Part shown: piece after piece, positions 36,024 to 46,724 of the stretch
Position numbering within the stretch: position 1 is the first letter of the stretch
How the letters are laid out: the number at the start of each line of letters is the position of its first letter
Virus record (IMG/VR): IMGVR_UViG_3300029288_000005
Span: 29,024 to 93,023 of that record
Length of the DNA stretch: 64,000 bases
DNA from: a virus
Lineage: Duplodnaviria; Caudoviricetes
Reading direction: 5' to 3' (one strand)
The notes under the pieces: generated by a model
Database searches by the model: none
The model's input: the letters and a program-made list of their open reading frames with translations, nothing else
What the model was told of the DNA's origin: nothing
Translations under genes and position numbers: made by a program

Positions 36024-38277
36024 ACTTGGTAGAGCTTGGATACGTGTGCGTGGCGATTGTACGGGATTAAGAACCGATTTGAACGAGGGTCGGCGGGAAA
36101 CTGAGCAAGCAGTAGATGCTATGTCTTACTCAGTGAGTTCTTTGATTGCCCCGTTCGCAGCAGCAGCGGCTTCATTAGTTACACTGCGAAAGGCCCTGAT
36201 GGCAGCCGGCCAGTTTGAACAAACTACCATTGCTTTTGACACAATGTTGGGAAGTGCCAAAGCAACTAAAGAAACACTTGCAGATCTTACTGACTTCGCA
36301 GCAAAAACGCCATTTGAAATGCCTGAAATTCTCCAAGCTGCAAGAGGATTGATACAGTTTGGAGAGCGTGGTGATGATTTGATGGATTCTTTGAATCTCT
36401 TGGGTAATGCTGCTTCTGGTACAAGCACACCCTTTGGTTTTCTTGCTCTGGTATTCAACCAAGTTCGTGGTGTTGGTAAGCTACTCACTCAAGACTTTAG
36501 ACAGTTGAGTACTCGGGGTGTCTTGTCGTTACAAGATCTCGCCAAGTATTATGGTGTAACTACACAAGCAGCGCAAGAAATGCTTTCCAAGGGGAAAGTT
36601 TCTTTTGAGGATTTGAAAAACATTTTAAGAATGCTCAGCAGTGAAGGGGGTAGATTTGCCAACTTAATGGAAAAGCAATCCCAGTCCTTGTTGGGATTGT
36701 GGAGCACTTGGAAGGATGCTTTGGGAATTATTGTTCGGTACATGGGGGAGACTGTTGCTCCAGCTGCCAAGTCTGTGGTAGCTGTAATGATACAAGGGGC
36801 GGAGTTTCTTCGTGGATTCATCGAAGAGCACAAGGAATTGGTGGGTAATGTATTCCTTGCTGTCTCTGTTGTAACAGCATTAGGTGTAGCTTGGAAGGGT
36901 GTTGCTGTTGCTGCCTCCATGGCTGCAGCTGCTGAGGAAGCCGCTGCGACTGCAAGGGCACAGTCTGCACTGGGGCAAGGTTTGGGGGCATCTTCGGGTG
37001 CAGGAATTGGTGTTGGTATTCGTGCATTGCTGGTAGGGGGAGCCGCTGCCGCTGCCAAGTTCCTGGTAGTATTGGCTTTGATTACAGCAGCCATATGGGG
37101 AATTAAAAAAGTATGGGATTTTATGCAAGGGTCCACCAATGAAGAAAATAATGCTCTGGAGAAACAAAAAACGCAGTTAGATGATTTGATACTCAAAAGA
37201 AACGAGTTGAGGACATTAAAAGAAGAGGAAACAAAAACAGAAAAGCAGCAAACACAAGAACAATTCCAAATACTGCAACTAGACAAAGAGATTTCTAGAC
37301 TAAAGAGAATAAAGGAATTGGAAGAAGAAATAGCCAAAGAGATGGCCAGTAGGGAGAGTAGCAAGAAAACAGAATCTATGGTGGATTACAAGTATGTAGG
37401 TAAGGAACGGGATGCTATTTTTGAGCAGTTAAAACAACTAGAGAGGAGGAGAACAGAGGAACCTGCCAATGCTGCTGCTTATACCAGATTGATGGAGGTT
37501 GAGTATGCCAAGCTACGGATGACCACAGCATCTGAAGTGGCACTACAAATACAACGAACACAACAGTTGGAAAACCAGTTAAAACTATTGAGAGAAGGCA
37601 CTGCTCAACAACAAAAAGTCCAAGAGATGCAGCAAGCATACCGTGATAAATCAGCAAGAGAGTTTGCTTCAATGCGGAAAACATCATATGAGCATAGTGA
37701 TCAGTACTACAAGACACAGCAATTAACACCATTATTTGGTGAAAAGAATCCTTTCGGCGAAGCACGTAAGTTCATCTATGACATTACTGATTCTCCACTT
37801 AGGCAGTTCAACGAATTGGTAGCAAAGATACAAGCATGTACAAGGGCTGGTTTAGGGTTTGCTGATGCAAGCAGAATAATCAAAGAGGAATGGGAGAAGT
37901 CGCCCATGTATGCACCAACTAAACAACTGGAAGGGTTGAGACAAACGCTATGGGATCTACAGAATGGTACAAAGGACTGGGAAAAGCAAGTACGAGAGTT
38001 CAGCAAACAGCCCTTCGTTACCCAGGCGGATATTGAGGAGTTTTCTTCTTTATCAAAACAGGTTGCAGATTTCAAAGAAAAGGCAAAAGCCAAAAAACCA
38101 GAGAGTCTCATTTCTGCTGGTCGCTATGGTTTTTCAGACTTTTTTGGACAGATACAAGATGCTTTACTGAAGAAAGATGATCCTCAGAAGAAGCTGGTAG
38201 AACAAAGCAAGGCAACCAATAATTTGTTGACCTCGATCGAGAAAAACACACGGATGCAGATAGGAGCTCTGAAGTGA
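36013..38277 (+). CDS. Tape measure protein
   Basis: ELGRAWIRVRGD start; tape-measure domain FAAKTPFEMPEI...GLWSTWKD; long helical region. Confidence 0.9.
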   Translation: MGLELGRAWIRVRGDCTGLRTDLNEGRRETEQAVDAMSYSVSSLIAPFAAAAASLVTLRKALMAAGQFEQTTIAFDTMLGSAKATKETLADLTDFAAKTPFEMPEILQAARGLIQFGERGDDLMDSLNLLGNAASGTSTPFGFLALVFNQVRGVGKLLTQDFRQLSTRGVLSLQDLAKYYGVTTQAAQEMLSKGKVSFEDLKNILRMLSSEGGRFANLMEKQSQSLLGLWSTWKDALGIIVRYMGETVAPAAKSVVAVMIQGAEFLRGFIEEHKELVGNVFLAVSVVTALGVAWKGVAVAASMAAAAEEAAATARAQSALGQGLGASSGAGIGVGIRALLVGGAAAAAKFLVVLALITAAIWGIKKVWDFMQGSTNEENNALEKQKTQLDDLILKRNELRTLKEEETKTEKQQTQEQFQILQLDKEISRLKRIKELEEEIAKEMASRESSKKTESMVDYKYVGKERDAIFEQLKQLERRRTEEPANAAAYTRLMEVEYAKLRMTTASEVALQIQRTQQLENQLKLLREGTAQQQKVQEMQQAYRDKSAREFASMRKTSYEHSDQYYKTQQLTPLFGEKNPFGEARKFIYDITDSPLRQFNELVAKIQACTRAGLGFADASRIIKEEWEKSPMYAPTKQLEGLRQTLWDLQNGTKDWEKQVREFSKQPFVTQADIEEFSSLSKQVADFKEKAKAKKPESLISAGRYGFSDFFGQIQDALLKKDDPQKKLVEQSKATNNLLTSIEKNTRMQIGALK

Positions 38278-39248
38278 TAGACAAGTCTAGGTGGAGACTA
38301 TCAACAGCAGGTGGTATTAAAGTTAAGTTGCTGAAACGCTATGGCTCTGTTTCTCGGGAATCAGCAAGTGCTACAGAAGAGTATCTAATAGCGGCAGAAG
38401 ACCTGACTGATTTTATCAACGAGTTCTTGCCCAAGCCTGTTGCTGCACTTGGGGGTGTTCAGTATTTGTCGCGGGTCAACTTCACAGGGGTTCCCTCGCT
38501 TATTGTGGATGATATTAGGTTTGAATCTTTTACTGATACAAAGCCGATCGACCCATTCTCTCATGACCCGTCGGCACCTGACGGTACTTATGAGGTATAT
38601 CTAAAAGCCATTGTGAGTTACAAGCCCCGGTCCAAAACGAAAAACTCACAAGATTCGGATCCTAACGATCCCCGAACCTTCCTGGAGATTTCCAGCGACA
38701 TTAGTGGTGAGTATGTTTGTGACAACCTCGTGGGTAGATACTACTGGTACGATAACACTTACAATGCAAGTCTTGACAAGTGGGTAACAACAGAAGCTGC
38801 AACAGAAATAGACTCACCAGATACAACACAAACCATCGTCTCCCCAGTGAAAGAATGGTCAGTTACATGGCCACAAATTCCATACGAATACTTCTACAAT
38901 ACACTGGCTCCCAAGTTAGATGCTACTATTGGGTGTATCAATAGTAAGTCGGTTGATATCTTCCATGGGACCAAACTGCCCAGAACACTGTTGTTGGAAG
39001 GATACTCAACAAGAGAAGAGTTTACGTATGACACGGAAGATGTGAGATATCCTCTACTTTCTCTTACTATGAAGATTAAGGAGAAGGGATTTTGGTCAAC
39101 CAATACAGATGGAGCAGTGTTTGTCACCTGGAACCACTGTTATGTGAAGGGAAAAGGCTGGAGGGCAGTTTGCACTGGGAATCCATTGGTATCTGAGAGG
39201 GGAAAGTTACTGGTAGAGGAAGTGGATTTCAATAACATCTGGAGTTGA
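38274..39248 (+). CDS. Tail tip/distal tail protein
   Basis: Immediately after tape measure; beta-rich. Confidence 0.55.
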   Translation: MIDKSRWRLSTAGGIKVKLLKRYGSVSRESASATEEYLIAAEDLTDFINEFLPKPVAALGGVQYLSRVNFTGVPSLIVDDIRFESFTDTKPIDPFSHDPSAPDGTYEVYLKAIVSYKPRSKTKNSQDSDPNDPRTFLEISSDISGEYVCDNLVGRYYWYDNTYNASLDKWVTTEAATEIDSPDTTQTIVSPVKEWSVTWPQIPYEYFYNTLAPKLDATIGCINSKSVDIFHGTKLPRTLLLEGYSTREEFTYDTEDVRYPLLSLTMKIKEKGFWSTNTDGAVFVTWNHCYVKGKGWRAVCTGNPLVSERGKLLVEEVDFNNIWS

Positions 39249-39251
39249 GAT

Positions 39252-39914
39252 ATGGAACCAAAAGATCTGCCAGTGAAGAAACCTGGAGACTTTCTTGAGG
39301 CAGCACATGTGAATGTGCTTTCTGAGGCCGCCAAGCTCTCGGGTATAGTGATGTCTGGTGCTGGTCAAGCTGGCATGAAGATGGGAGGTAATTACCATAT
39401 CTCAAATATACCCTCTGTGCCCAGTGAGACGTTTCGGGTAACTCAGAGCTTGGGGGGAAGTCTCTACAAAGGGCATAGATTGTGGTACTCACAGGATGAT
39501 GAGGAATGGAAGCCAACGCTAAATGCTTGGTTGAATGGAGAGGTCAATAACTCAACTGATAAAGAGTGGACGATCGATGCTACTGGTATAAACATCTCTC
39601 TAGCAATTGGTTCTTATGTACATGTATCGTTCAACTCTCAGCGTGGTGCATACATTCCTGTGATGACAAACTTCCGTGAGTTTGTACTGGCCAATCTTCA
39701 AGAGTCTCTACAATCAGGAAGTTCAGCATTGGCCGTTGCTTACACAGGTTGGAGTGAAAGTCTTGGTCCAATTGCAGGAACATTAGCTGATAGATTTATG
39801 GTGTACGATTTTTTCCATAGAAGTTCCAGATTACATCTATCAGCCTATACTGATATACTAGCTATGTACTATATGCCCTTCAATCGCTATGTACTCATAA
39901 ATGCAGGGCCATAA
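39252..39914 (+). CDS. Tail tip protein
   Basis: KPGDFLEAAHVNVL motif; context. Confidence 0.5.
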   Translation: MEPKDLPVKKPGDFLEAAHVNVLSEAAKLSGIVMSGAGQAGMKMGGNYHISNIPSVPSETFRVTQSLGGSLYKGHRLWYSQDDEEWKPTLNAWLNGEVNNSTDKEWTIDATGINISLAIGSYVHVSFNSQRGAYIPVMTNFREFVLANLQESLQSGSSALAVAYTGWSESLGPIAGTLADRFMVYDFFHRSSRLHLSAYTDILAMYYMPFNRYVLINAGP

Positions 39915-39916
39915 GT

Positions 39917-42900
39917 ATGACTAGTCAACCTGATTGGTTTCTCAATCCTCCCGGAAAAAGAAGTTCTGGGGATACAGGAATTGTATTCTACGATGCTTTT
40001 TCAAACTACGATCCCGAGCAGAACTTTTCTTTTGGTACAAGCGCATGGGATCCTGGTCAGAAATGGGAAGTGGTTTCTGGTAATTGGAGATTGGTGGAAG
40101 CTTACCCAGGGGAAGTCTACTATACCAAGCAAGAGTATGTCTGGGGCACGCAATCACAAGCCCTTGTGGGTGGAGGTGGGTATAATATCGGACCACGTTG
40201 GTGGGACGTAAATTCTTACACTTACTTTGCGAAGGTTGTTAGTTGGGAAGTTTCTGCTGAGCCTCTACACTACTTTTTTAATAGATATAATGAGACAAGT
40301 TATACCCCAGAGAGTGCTATACTTGTAACACTTGATATGGGCACTGAAAACCATTTTTTGAGAAAAGGTGAGATACTACACACAAACTACCAGGACATCG
40401 AAGAACACAGTCAGATGACTTATTGGGGATCTGAGTACTCCCGCATATGGTCGGTCGATGGTCAATTTGTTACGATACTCTTACCTGATTACTTCTATTA
40501 CGAAACTTACTACTATTACAGATTATTAGTAACTTCGTACTATGGATATAATCCTAATCGTATTGGTGGTTTTGAATTAAAACCGGACAGATACTTGTCC
40601 AAAGGAAAGATAAGAAATATACACCCAGACAACTCAGTAGATATAGCACTAGAAGATGGTCATTATGTGCAGAGAAGAGGTAAGATATGGAAAGAGTACC
40701 CGGAGAAGAATTGGGTCAATGTAGGATTTCCATGGAAAGTAAACAAAAGCAATGAAACAAGACTACTTTCTAACTACAGTTGGTTTGTAGAGATAGAAAG
40801 GGATGTAGATCAGAATGATGGGACTTTCAAGGATGAGATCCATGTAGAGTGTCCTCCCACTTGGTATGAAACTGATTCTGAGTGGCACTTTTGGCCACCT
40901 GTTGGGTCTGAAGTATATGTTAGTTGCAGATTCTCGCCAGTTCCTGGAACGACTACCAAGTTGACTTTAACCAACTACAAAACATTCACAGTGTTACAGT
41001 TTCAGTGGCCCTATGGCTGGTTGTCATGTGATGGACATGATTTTGAAGTTGGTGAGATTCTCACAGTTGCCTTTACTGACCAAAGTATTTCGGGGTTGTG
41101 CAAAGTTGTTTCTGTTAGTGGCAACAATCTGGTAGTAGATGTAAGTGTAAATGATTTCTACATAGCTCCCACTTACTATGGAGAGTATTGGCATTGGGGA
41201 CACCACCAATCAAATTTCAATTTTCTACAGAGGGCCATTTATTCAAACAATAATTTTCAGGATGAGGAGACTAAACACTATTACAGAAAACCACTGTGGT
41301 TGTACTATGTTATTTCTGACTACAGAAATTTAGAAATACCCGCAAGTAGAAACACCTCTTTTACAACTTCTCACACACGACCCAATAATTTTCCACAAAT
41401 AGAGGGCACTTATGAAGGGCAACGGCTATTAAATCCTACTAGAAAACACAAGTTTTTAAGTGGAACAGGTGTAATCAAAGTCAAAACACCTGTTCTTGAC
41501 GAGAACATCAAAATTACAGTGGTTCTCCCCAGGGATAAGCAGCAGAATACAGTACATTTATATTTTGGATGTACTGAGAATATAAGTACGGGGTACTGTT
41601 TGGAGTATGAACCTTATCCCACTGGTGATTCTTTTTCTTATACAGGTGTTATTTCGAAAGTATCTATGGGAACAGATCCAGGTTATCCAGCTTTCTATGG
41701 CTTGATACTGGGTTATGAGATAACATTCGGTTTTCAACTGAGGACATACTATGAGAGTTTGGTAGATATCTCTTGGGAAGGGGGGATAAGAAGAGATATC
41801 TATATGCACCGATTTATTCCTGATCCCTGTGGGTCCACAACAACGATCTGGACTAATACAGACTACCATGGAATAGCGCCTTCTTTGGGTTGGGGAGATC
41901 CATTGCCTCCACTGGGTACAACAGTGACCGTAACCTCCAAACCCTGGGGATACATGCGATTATATGGTCCCAGTGGTTTGTGCGACCAAGTAGTCAGACA
42001 TTCTGGGGACACTCTGTCTTTGAACTTGTGGCGTGATGGTTCTGGAAATTTAATTGCAACAGCCTTCCGGGGAAATACAACTTCTTTTCTCACTTCCACA
42101 GACTATGGTTATTTGTCAACAAGTTCTGTTCCCTATGCCATCGAAGCATGTCTTGGTGATAGTAGTTATCACTTGCCTGGTAATTATATCGCTCTAGGAG
42201 GAGATGGGGTCAATATAGATGTAATTACAGTAGAGAAAATTGATGCTGAAGATTGTATAAAGCTGTCGGCGTTACGAAAAGGATATTATTCTTATGGAGC
42301 CATAGGAGTCACGTCAACCGCAGCTGACCAAGTATTTCTTCCTGGAACACTACCCAACTGTCTCAAGGTAGAAATAACAGGAAACCACGCAGATGGCTTG
42401 AACTACGGGGAGCCTGAGGTATATCCATGGAAGTTCTCTGACAGACTTGGTACTTTTTATCTACCACTGAGAAAGACAGGGGCAACCGGGGATGATCTAA
42501 CAGTAGGTGGTCCTTACTATGACAGAAGTTCAGCTTGGATCCTAGACAAGTCTGGTGGCCCCATCTGCACTCCCATAGCTGTTATACTAGCAGCAAAGTA
42601 TGAGAATACGCAAGAGTGTTTGTGGGGAATAACCGGATTAAATAATACTATGGGACCAGGAAACTATGATTATTCAGCCAATATATCTGGCTCCTGTAGA
42701 TCTTTTGATTTCTACTATACACCTGTTACAGAATGGTCTTCTAGCAGTGTGAGCTCTGAAAGTCAAACAAGTACATCAAAGAGTAGTAGATTATCTAGTT
42801 CTAGTTTGGAGCACAGCTATTCATCTCAAAGTAGTAGTTCCAGTGTATCCAGCCATTCCAGCTCAAGTTCAAAGTCAGAATCTTCTTCTGTAACTTCTGA

Positions 42901-44230
42901 ATCTGAAAAATCCAGCAGTTCTAAATCAAGTTCATCATCTTATAGTTCTTTGTCTTCAGAATCTTCCAGTTCAAACAGTTCATCTAGTGTTCTACTAGAC
43001 AATTTAATAGACGGTCGTAACTTCACAGTAGTAATCTCCTATGAGTACAGCTACTACACCAATGAGATAAATCCAAACTGTGGGTTCTGTCGGTGGGTAT
43101 GGGAAGACACTTGGATTGAGTATTCTGATGGTTCAACACTATATCTTCCTCCCATCTGGACTTTTCACCCAGAAATGTCTGAGTGTTCTACAGGTATTAT
43201 GGGATATGGCTTTGTGGGGCCTTGTGCGTGTACAGTAACAACACCCCCGTTTGATGGCTCTTACGTGGGACAGCAAGTTGAGTTCCCTTGTGTACAAACA
43301 TACTGGCCGGGGGAGGCCACTTCATTTATTGAGACTTGGACCATCACCCCAGCACACAACCACGCCCCCACTATAATAGATGATGCATGCTTCTGTGATG
43401 ACCAACCGTTGGAGAGTTCCAACTCGATGTCCTATAGTAGTATATCGGTTTCCAGTAAGTCAAGCAAATCAAGCAAATCCAGTGTATCTAGCAAGTCCAG
43501 TAAGAGTAGTTCAAGTGTTAGTGCCTTGAGTACTTCTAGTATGTCGAGTAGTGTTTCTGAAAGTAGTATATCTTTGTCAAGTGCAAGCAGTATATCTTTG
43601 TCAAGTGCAAGCAGTCAGAGTGTATCAAGTGCAAGCAGTATATCTTTGTCAAGTGCAAGCAGTCAGAGTGTATCAAGTGCAAGCAGTATATCTTTGTCAA
43701 GTGCAAGCAGTCAGAGTGTATCAAGTGCAAGCAGTATATCTTTGTCAAGTGCAAGCAGTCAGAGTGTATCAAGTGTTAGTTATACAAGTACTTCTAGCGG
43801 AGAATTGTTTCCACCTTGCAATAAATACATATACGTTACTTTTTCAGGTTGGACTACTTGTGTGGGAGGCACACCTTCAGATTGTTCTCTAGTAAATGGT
43901 ACCTACTACCCTTATTTTCATGATAAAACAGCATGCGACTATGTAAACGGAGGAGAGACCTGGGAGTATTGGTATAAATTTCAACTCTCAGTGGGATCGA
44001 CATTCTGTGGTGTGCCTGGAGGTGTTTTGTACTTTGATGTTATTATCACAGGAGATTGCACTCCAGGGGATGTGGAAACAAGTGATAATATGCATGCTCA
44101 AGTGTATTGTGTTACTTTAGGTCGTTGGGAAGCAGATGTGGTTTGTGGGGAGAACACTCTAACAATAAGTTGGAATGCTGGTACTTGTGATCCTTCAGGT
44201 GTGGTTTGTAAAATCTTCCTAAATGGGTAG
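39917..44230 (+). CDS. Large tail fibre/receptor-binding protein with two poly-Ser tracts and Cys-rich modules
   Basis: 1437 aa, Y/W-rich beta domains; Ser tracts at about 42736-42988 and 43414-43797. Confidence 0.7.
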   Translation: MTSQPDWFLNPPGKRSSGDTGIVFYDAFSNYDPEQNFSFGTSAWDPGQKWEVVSGNWRLVEAYPGEVYYTKQEYVWGTQSQALVGGGGYNIGPRWWDVNSYTYFAKVVSWEVSAEPLHYFFNRYNETSYTPESAILVTLDMGTENHFLRKGEILHTNYQDIEEHSQMTYWGSEYSRIWSVDGQFVTILLPDYFYYETYYYYRLLVTSYYGYNPNRIGGFELKPDRYLSKGKIRNIHPDNSVDIALEDGHYVQRRGKIWKEYPEKNWVNVGFPWKVNKSNETRLLSNYSWFVEIERDVDQNDGTFKDEIHVECPPTWYETDSEWHFWPPVGSEVYVSCRFSPVPGTTTKLTLTNYKTFTVLQFQWPYGWLSCDGHDFEVGEILTVAFTDQSISGLCKVVSVSGNNLVVDVSVNDFYIAPTYYGEYWHWGHHQSNFNFLQRAIYSNNNFQDEETKHYYRKPLWLYYVISDYRNLEIPASRNTSFTTSHTRPNNFPQIEGTYEGQRLLNPTRKHKFLSGTGVIKVKTPVLDENIKITVVLPRDKQQNTVHLYFGCTENISTGYCLEYEPYPTGDSFSYTGVISKVSMGTDPGYPAFYGLILGYEITFGFQLRTYYESLVDISWEGGIRRDIYMHRFIPDPCGSTTTIWTNTDYHGIAPSLGWGDPLPPLGTTVTVTSKPWGYMRLYGPSGLCDQVVRHSGDTLSLNLWRDGSGNLIATAFRGNTTSFLTSTDYGYLSTSSVPYAIEACLGDSSYHLPGNYIALGGDGVNIDVITVEKIDAEDCIKLSALRKGYYSYGAIGVTSTAADQVFLPGTLPNCLKVEITGNHADGLNYGEPEVYPWKFSDRLGTFYLPLRKTGATGDDLTVGGPYYDRSSAWILDKSGGPICTPIAVILAAKYENTQECLWGITGLNNTMGPGNYDYSANISGSCRSFDFYYTPVTEWSSSSVSSESQTSTSKSSRLSSSSLEHSYSSQSSSSSVSSHSSSSSKSESSSVTSESEKSSSSKSSSSSYSSLSSESSSSNSSSSVLLDNLIDGRNFTVVISYEYSYYTNEINPNCGFCRWVWEDTWIEYSDGSTLYLPPIWTFHPEMSECSTGIMGYGFVGPCACTVTTPPFDGSYVGQQVEFPCVQTYWPGEATSFIETWTITPAHNHAPTIIDDACFCDDQPLESSNSMSYSSISVSSKSSKSSKSSVSSKSSKSSSSVSALSTSSMSSSVSESSISLSSASSISLSSASSQSVSSASSISLSSASSQSVSSASSISLSSASSQSVSSASSISLSSASSQSVSSVSYTSTSSGELFPPCNKYIYVTFSGWTTCVGGTPSDCSLVNGTYYPYFHDKTACDYVNGGETWEYWYKFQLSVGSTFCGVPGGVLYFDVIITGDCTPGDVETSDNMHAQVYCVTLGRWEADVVCGENTLTISWNAGTCDPSGVVCKIFLNG
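43565..43780 (+). repeat. 24-bp tandem repeat (units A=SISLSSAS, B=SQSVSSAS; order AABABABAB)
   Basis: agtatatctttgtcaagtgcaagc / agtcagagtgtatcaagtgcaagc; last unit imperfect. Confidence 0.92.
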
Positions 44231-44239
44231 ATATTGTAA

Positions 44240-44665
44240 ATGTTACTTTGTGATTTTCAGAAACAGAAAGGGATATGTAAGTGTGTGCGGTGCGGGTTTC
44301 TGGATATAAGTGGAAGTGATATTTGTACTGATCTGTGGAGAAAGTGTGACGTGCAAGACACAACTTTTACTTCAAATAACAACACTAGTCCCAATATAGA
44401 GTTAGTAGAAGAAGCGGCAGAAAAATTAGGGATAATATGGCAAGATGCTGTTCATTACACAGCTGCTTTAATCGGATGGTCGTTGGCAGGTTTTCCCACA
44501 CGTGACAAAGATATTACTAAGCATATTGAAGAACAAATTTGCAAAACGTGTACAGAGTATTTGAAAGGGCGTTGCAAGGCTTGCCGTTGTAGAGTGAATA
44601 AAAGTATTGCGTTGGTGAACAAAATACGAATGGCTACAGAGAAATGTCCGAAGGATAAATGGTAG
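44240..44665 (+). CDS. Cys-rich protein (paralog A)
   Basis: CxxC...CxxCxC...NKIRMATEKCPKDKW. Confidence 0.75.
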   Translation: MLLCDFQKQKGICKCVRCGFLDISGSDICTDLWRKCDVQDTTFTSNNNTSPNIELVEEAAEKLGIIWQDAVHYTAALIGWSLAGFPTRDKDITKHIEEQICKTCTEYLKGRCKACRCRVNKSIALVNKIRMATEKCPKDKW

Positions 44666-44669
44666 AGAT

Positions 44670-45149
44670 ATGAGCAAGTGTAAGTGGCATAAAATACAAG
44701 AGGAAACATTACCCAGTCTACTAGCATGGCAGTGCTCAGTGTGTGGGCGGAAAATAGGGTTGACCAAGCAACAACTAATAGACGTGTTTGGTGACAGTGT
44801 AGAAAAGTTGTTTGAAAAGCAACCCGATTGCTTGGGACTGCAAGCTAAAAAAGAGCATGAAGAAAAGTATAAGGTACAAGAGCCTTGTGATGAAAGCAAG
44901 GAAGATGGTATCACCTGGGAGAAAACCAAACAGTGGCTTGATGCTGTGAAGAGGTGGACTCTTGCAGGTTTTCCTGCTAGATCTATGGAAGAAGTTGAGG
45001 AGATATACAATAACAAGTGTAGTGTCTGTGATGGTATGCTACCTACCGGTTCCTGTAGGTTTTGTGGTTGCAAGATCAACAAGAGCAAAATTGCGTTGCT
45101 TAACAAGATACGTATGAAAACCGAAAAATGTCCAAAGGATAAATGGTAG
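44670..45149 (+). CDS. Cys-rich protein (paralog B)
   Basis: LAGFP...CxxC...CRFCGC...NKIRMKTEKCPKDKW. Confidence 0.75.
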   Translation: MSKCKWHKIQEETLPSLLAWQCSVCGRKIGLTKQQLIDVFGDSVEKLFEKQPDCLGLQAKKEHEEKYKVQEPCDESKEDGITWEKTKQWLDAVKRWTLAGFPARSMEEVEEIYNNKCSVCDGMLPTGSCRFCGCKINKSKIALLNKIRMKTEKCPKDKW

Positions 45150-45153
45150 AGAT

Positions 45154-46227
45154 ATGAGCAATTGTGTGTACCAAGGAGAGGGTACTGGGGAGTTTGTTGC
45201 AGAGTGCTACCTAAAGAAAACCTGTAACAAAAAAGAAGAGCAAAAGTGTGGTGGGCGATTAGAGATGGAAGACCCGCAGTTTTTGACAAAGTGGGAAGAT
45301 CCTCTACTAATACTAGATCGCAAAAAGAACCCCACCACAGCCCTTCGTGGCTTGTTGGCTGGTGGGATAGGGTTTCTAGTGGGAGGGGGCCCCTCTACCA
45401 AAGCACAACCACTAGAATTGCTCAATAACCGGGGAATCTTTACATTGTCTGTAAATAACTCAGCCGCACACCCGAGATTTCGTTCATCTGCGTTTGTTTG
45501 CTCTGATCCACCACTAAAGTTCTCAAACTCCATATGGTTTGACCCCCACGTGATGAAATTCGTTCCCTCTCCCAAGATGTCAGGTAATAGGGAACGACTG
45601 CGGGAGAAGAGAAATGGTGTTTTTACTAGGTCAGAGCGGAAAGTAACCGATTGTCCAAACATCTGGGGATTCAAACGACTCAGTTGGTTATGGCCAGATG
45701 AGAGGTTTTTCTTAAGTGATGGTGCCTGCTGGGGAAACCACGATGTAGGAGTGCAAAAGACCAAAGAGCAGAAAACAGTATGTACCATGCTACTGGGTTT
45801 ACGGATACTCTATTATATGGGAGCGAGGACTATTTTCCTTGTTGGAGTGGACTTCTTTATGACACCATCGGGTGTATACTCATTCAACCAGAGCAAGAGT
45901 GAGGGGGGTTGTAATTCAAACAACAGACAGTTTGAGGTGGTAAATGGGTGGCTGTGTCGAATGCAAGAGAATGGTATATTTGACAAGTTTGGTGTGAAGT
46001 TGTTTAACTGTTGTGAGAATAGTGGTCTTCGCGCATTTCCACACGTATCATTCGAAACAGCAATCGAGTTGGCTACTGCGGATGTGGAGCAGGTTCCGGA
46101 CTTGTGTGGTTGGTATGAGAAAGGCCAGTGTGATGCTTGCAAATCGGAGCACTTACGTTGGGATGGCATTACCGCAATGTGCTTGGATTGTGGGGAGTCG
46201 ATACAAATAAGAAAAGTCATAGACTGA
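45154..46227 (+). CDS. Maf/DUF115-like (sialyltransferase-fold) glycosyltransferase
   Basis: FLVGGGPS, LSVNNS, YMGARTIFLVGVDF, LFNC...SGLRAF. Confidence 0.65.
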   Translation: MSNCVYQGEGTGEFVAECYLKKTCNKKEEQKCGGRLEMEDPQFLTKWEDPLLILDRKKNPTTALRGLLAGGIGFLVGGGPSTKAQPLELLNNRGIFTLSVNNSAAHPRFRSSAFVCSDPPLKFSNSIWFDPHVMKFVPSPKMSGNRERLREKRNGVFTRSERKVTDCPNIWGFKRLSWLWPDERFFLSDGACWGNHDVGVQKTKEQKTVCTMLLGLRILYYMGARTIFLVGVDFFMTPSGVYSFNQSKSEGGCNSNNRQFEVVNGWLCRMQENGIFDKFGVKLFNCCENSGLRAFPHVSFETAIELATADVEQVPDLCGWYEKGQCDACKSEHLRWDGITAMCLDCGESIQIRKVID

Positions 46228-46229
46228 TC

Positions 46230-46258
46230 TTGTAAGATAAAATGGTACATTATAAAAT
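46230..46258 (+). promoter_or_regulatory. Possible sigma70 promoter
   Basis: TTGTAA-17 bp-TAAAAT in an intergenic gap. Confidence 0.4.
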
Positions 46259-46300
46259 AAGGTAACAAGTTAACAAAACCCTATTTACAAGGAAGTAAAG

Positions 46301-46723
46301 ATGAAAACGGATTTTCAACCCTTCGTTAGCAATTGGATCAACTGTAAAGAAGAGTTACCCCCTCTTAATCTTGTTGTGTTCTTTACCAACGGCAAGTGTG
46401 TATGGATGGGAAAGATACTACAGGACGAGTATGGGGATCCTGTGTGGTACAGAAGTGAGTCATGCCCAATCTGGAACGTGGAAGAAAAGAAATGGGTATC
46501 TGACAATGTTCCTTGTATGAAAGAGCCTACACACTGGTGTATGATGCCTGTATCCCCAGTTGCCAAGAAAGCAAGAACGGCATTTCAAATCTTATTTCTC
46601 TCATTTCTCTTTTATGGATTTACTACACTCATTCTGCAGTACAATATGGGGGTGATCCAGGTGTTTCCTCTGATATCATTAGTTGTTAGTTCTTTCTTCT
46701 GTGGACACTTAGTAGATAAATAA
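46301..46723 (+). CDS. DUF551-like domain with C-terminal TM helices
   Basis: WINCKEELP...PTHWCMMP. Confidence 0.6.
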   Translation: MKTDFQPFVSNWINCKEELPPLNLVVFFTNGKCVWMGKILQDEYGDPVWYRSESCPIWNVEEKKWVSDNVPCMKEPTHWCMMPVSPVAKKARTAFQILFLSFLFYGFTTLILQYNMGVIQVFPLISLVVSSFFCGHLVDK

Positions 46724-46724
46724 A

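Noticed and set aside
43565-43780. CRISPR-like array
   Set aside because: Contiguous in-frame coding repeats with no unique spacers and no cas genes.
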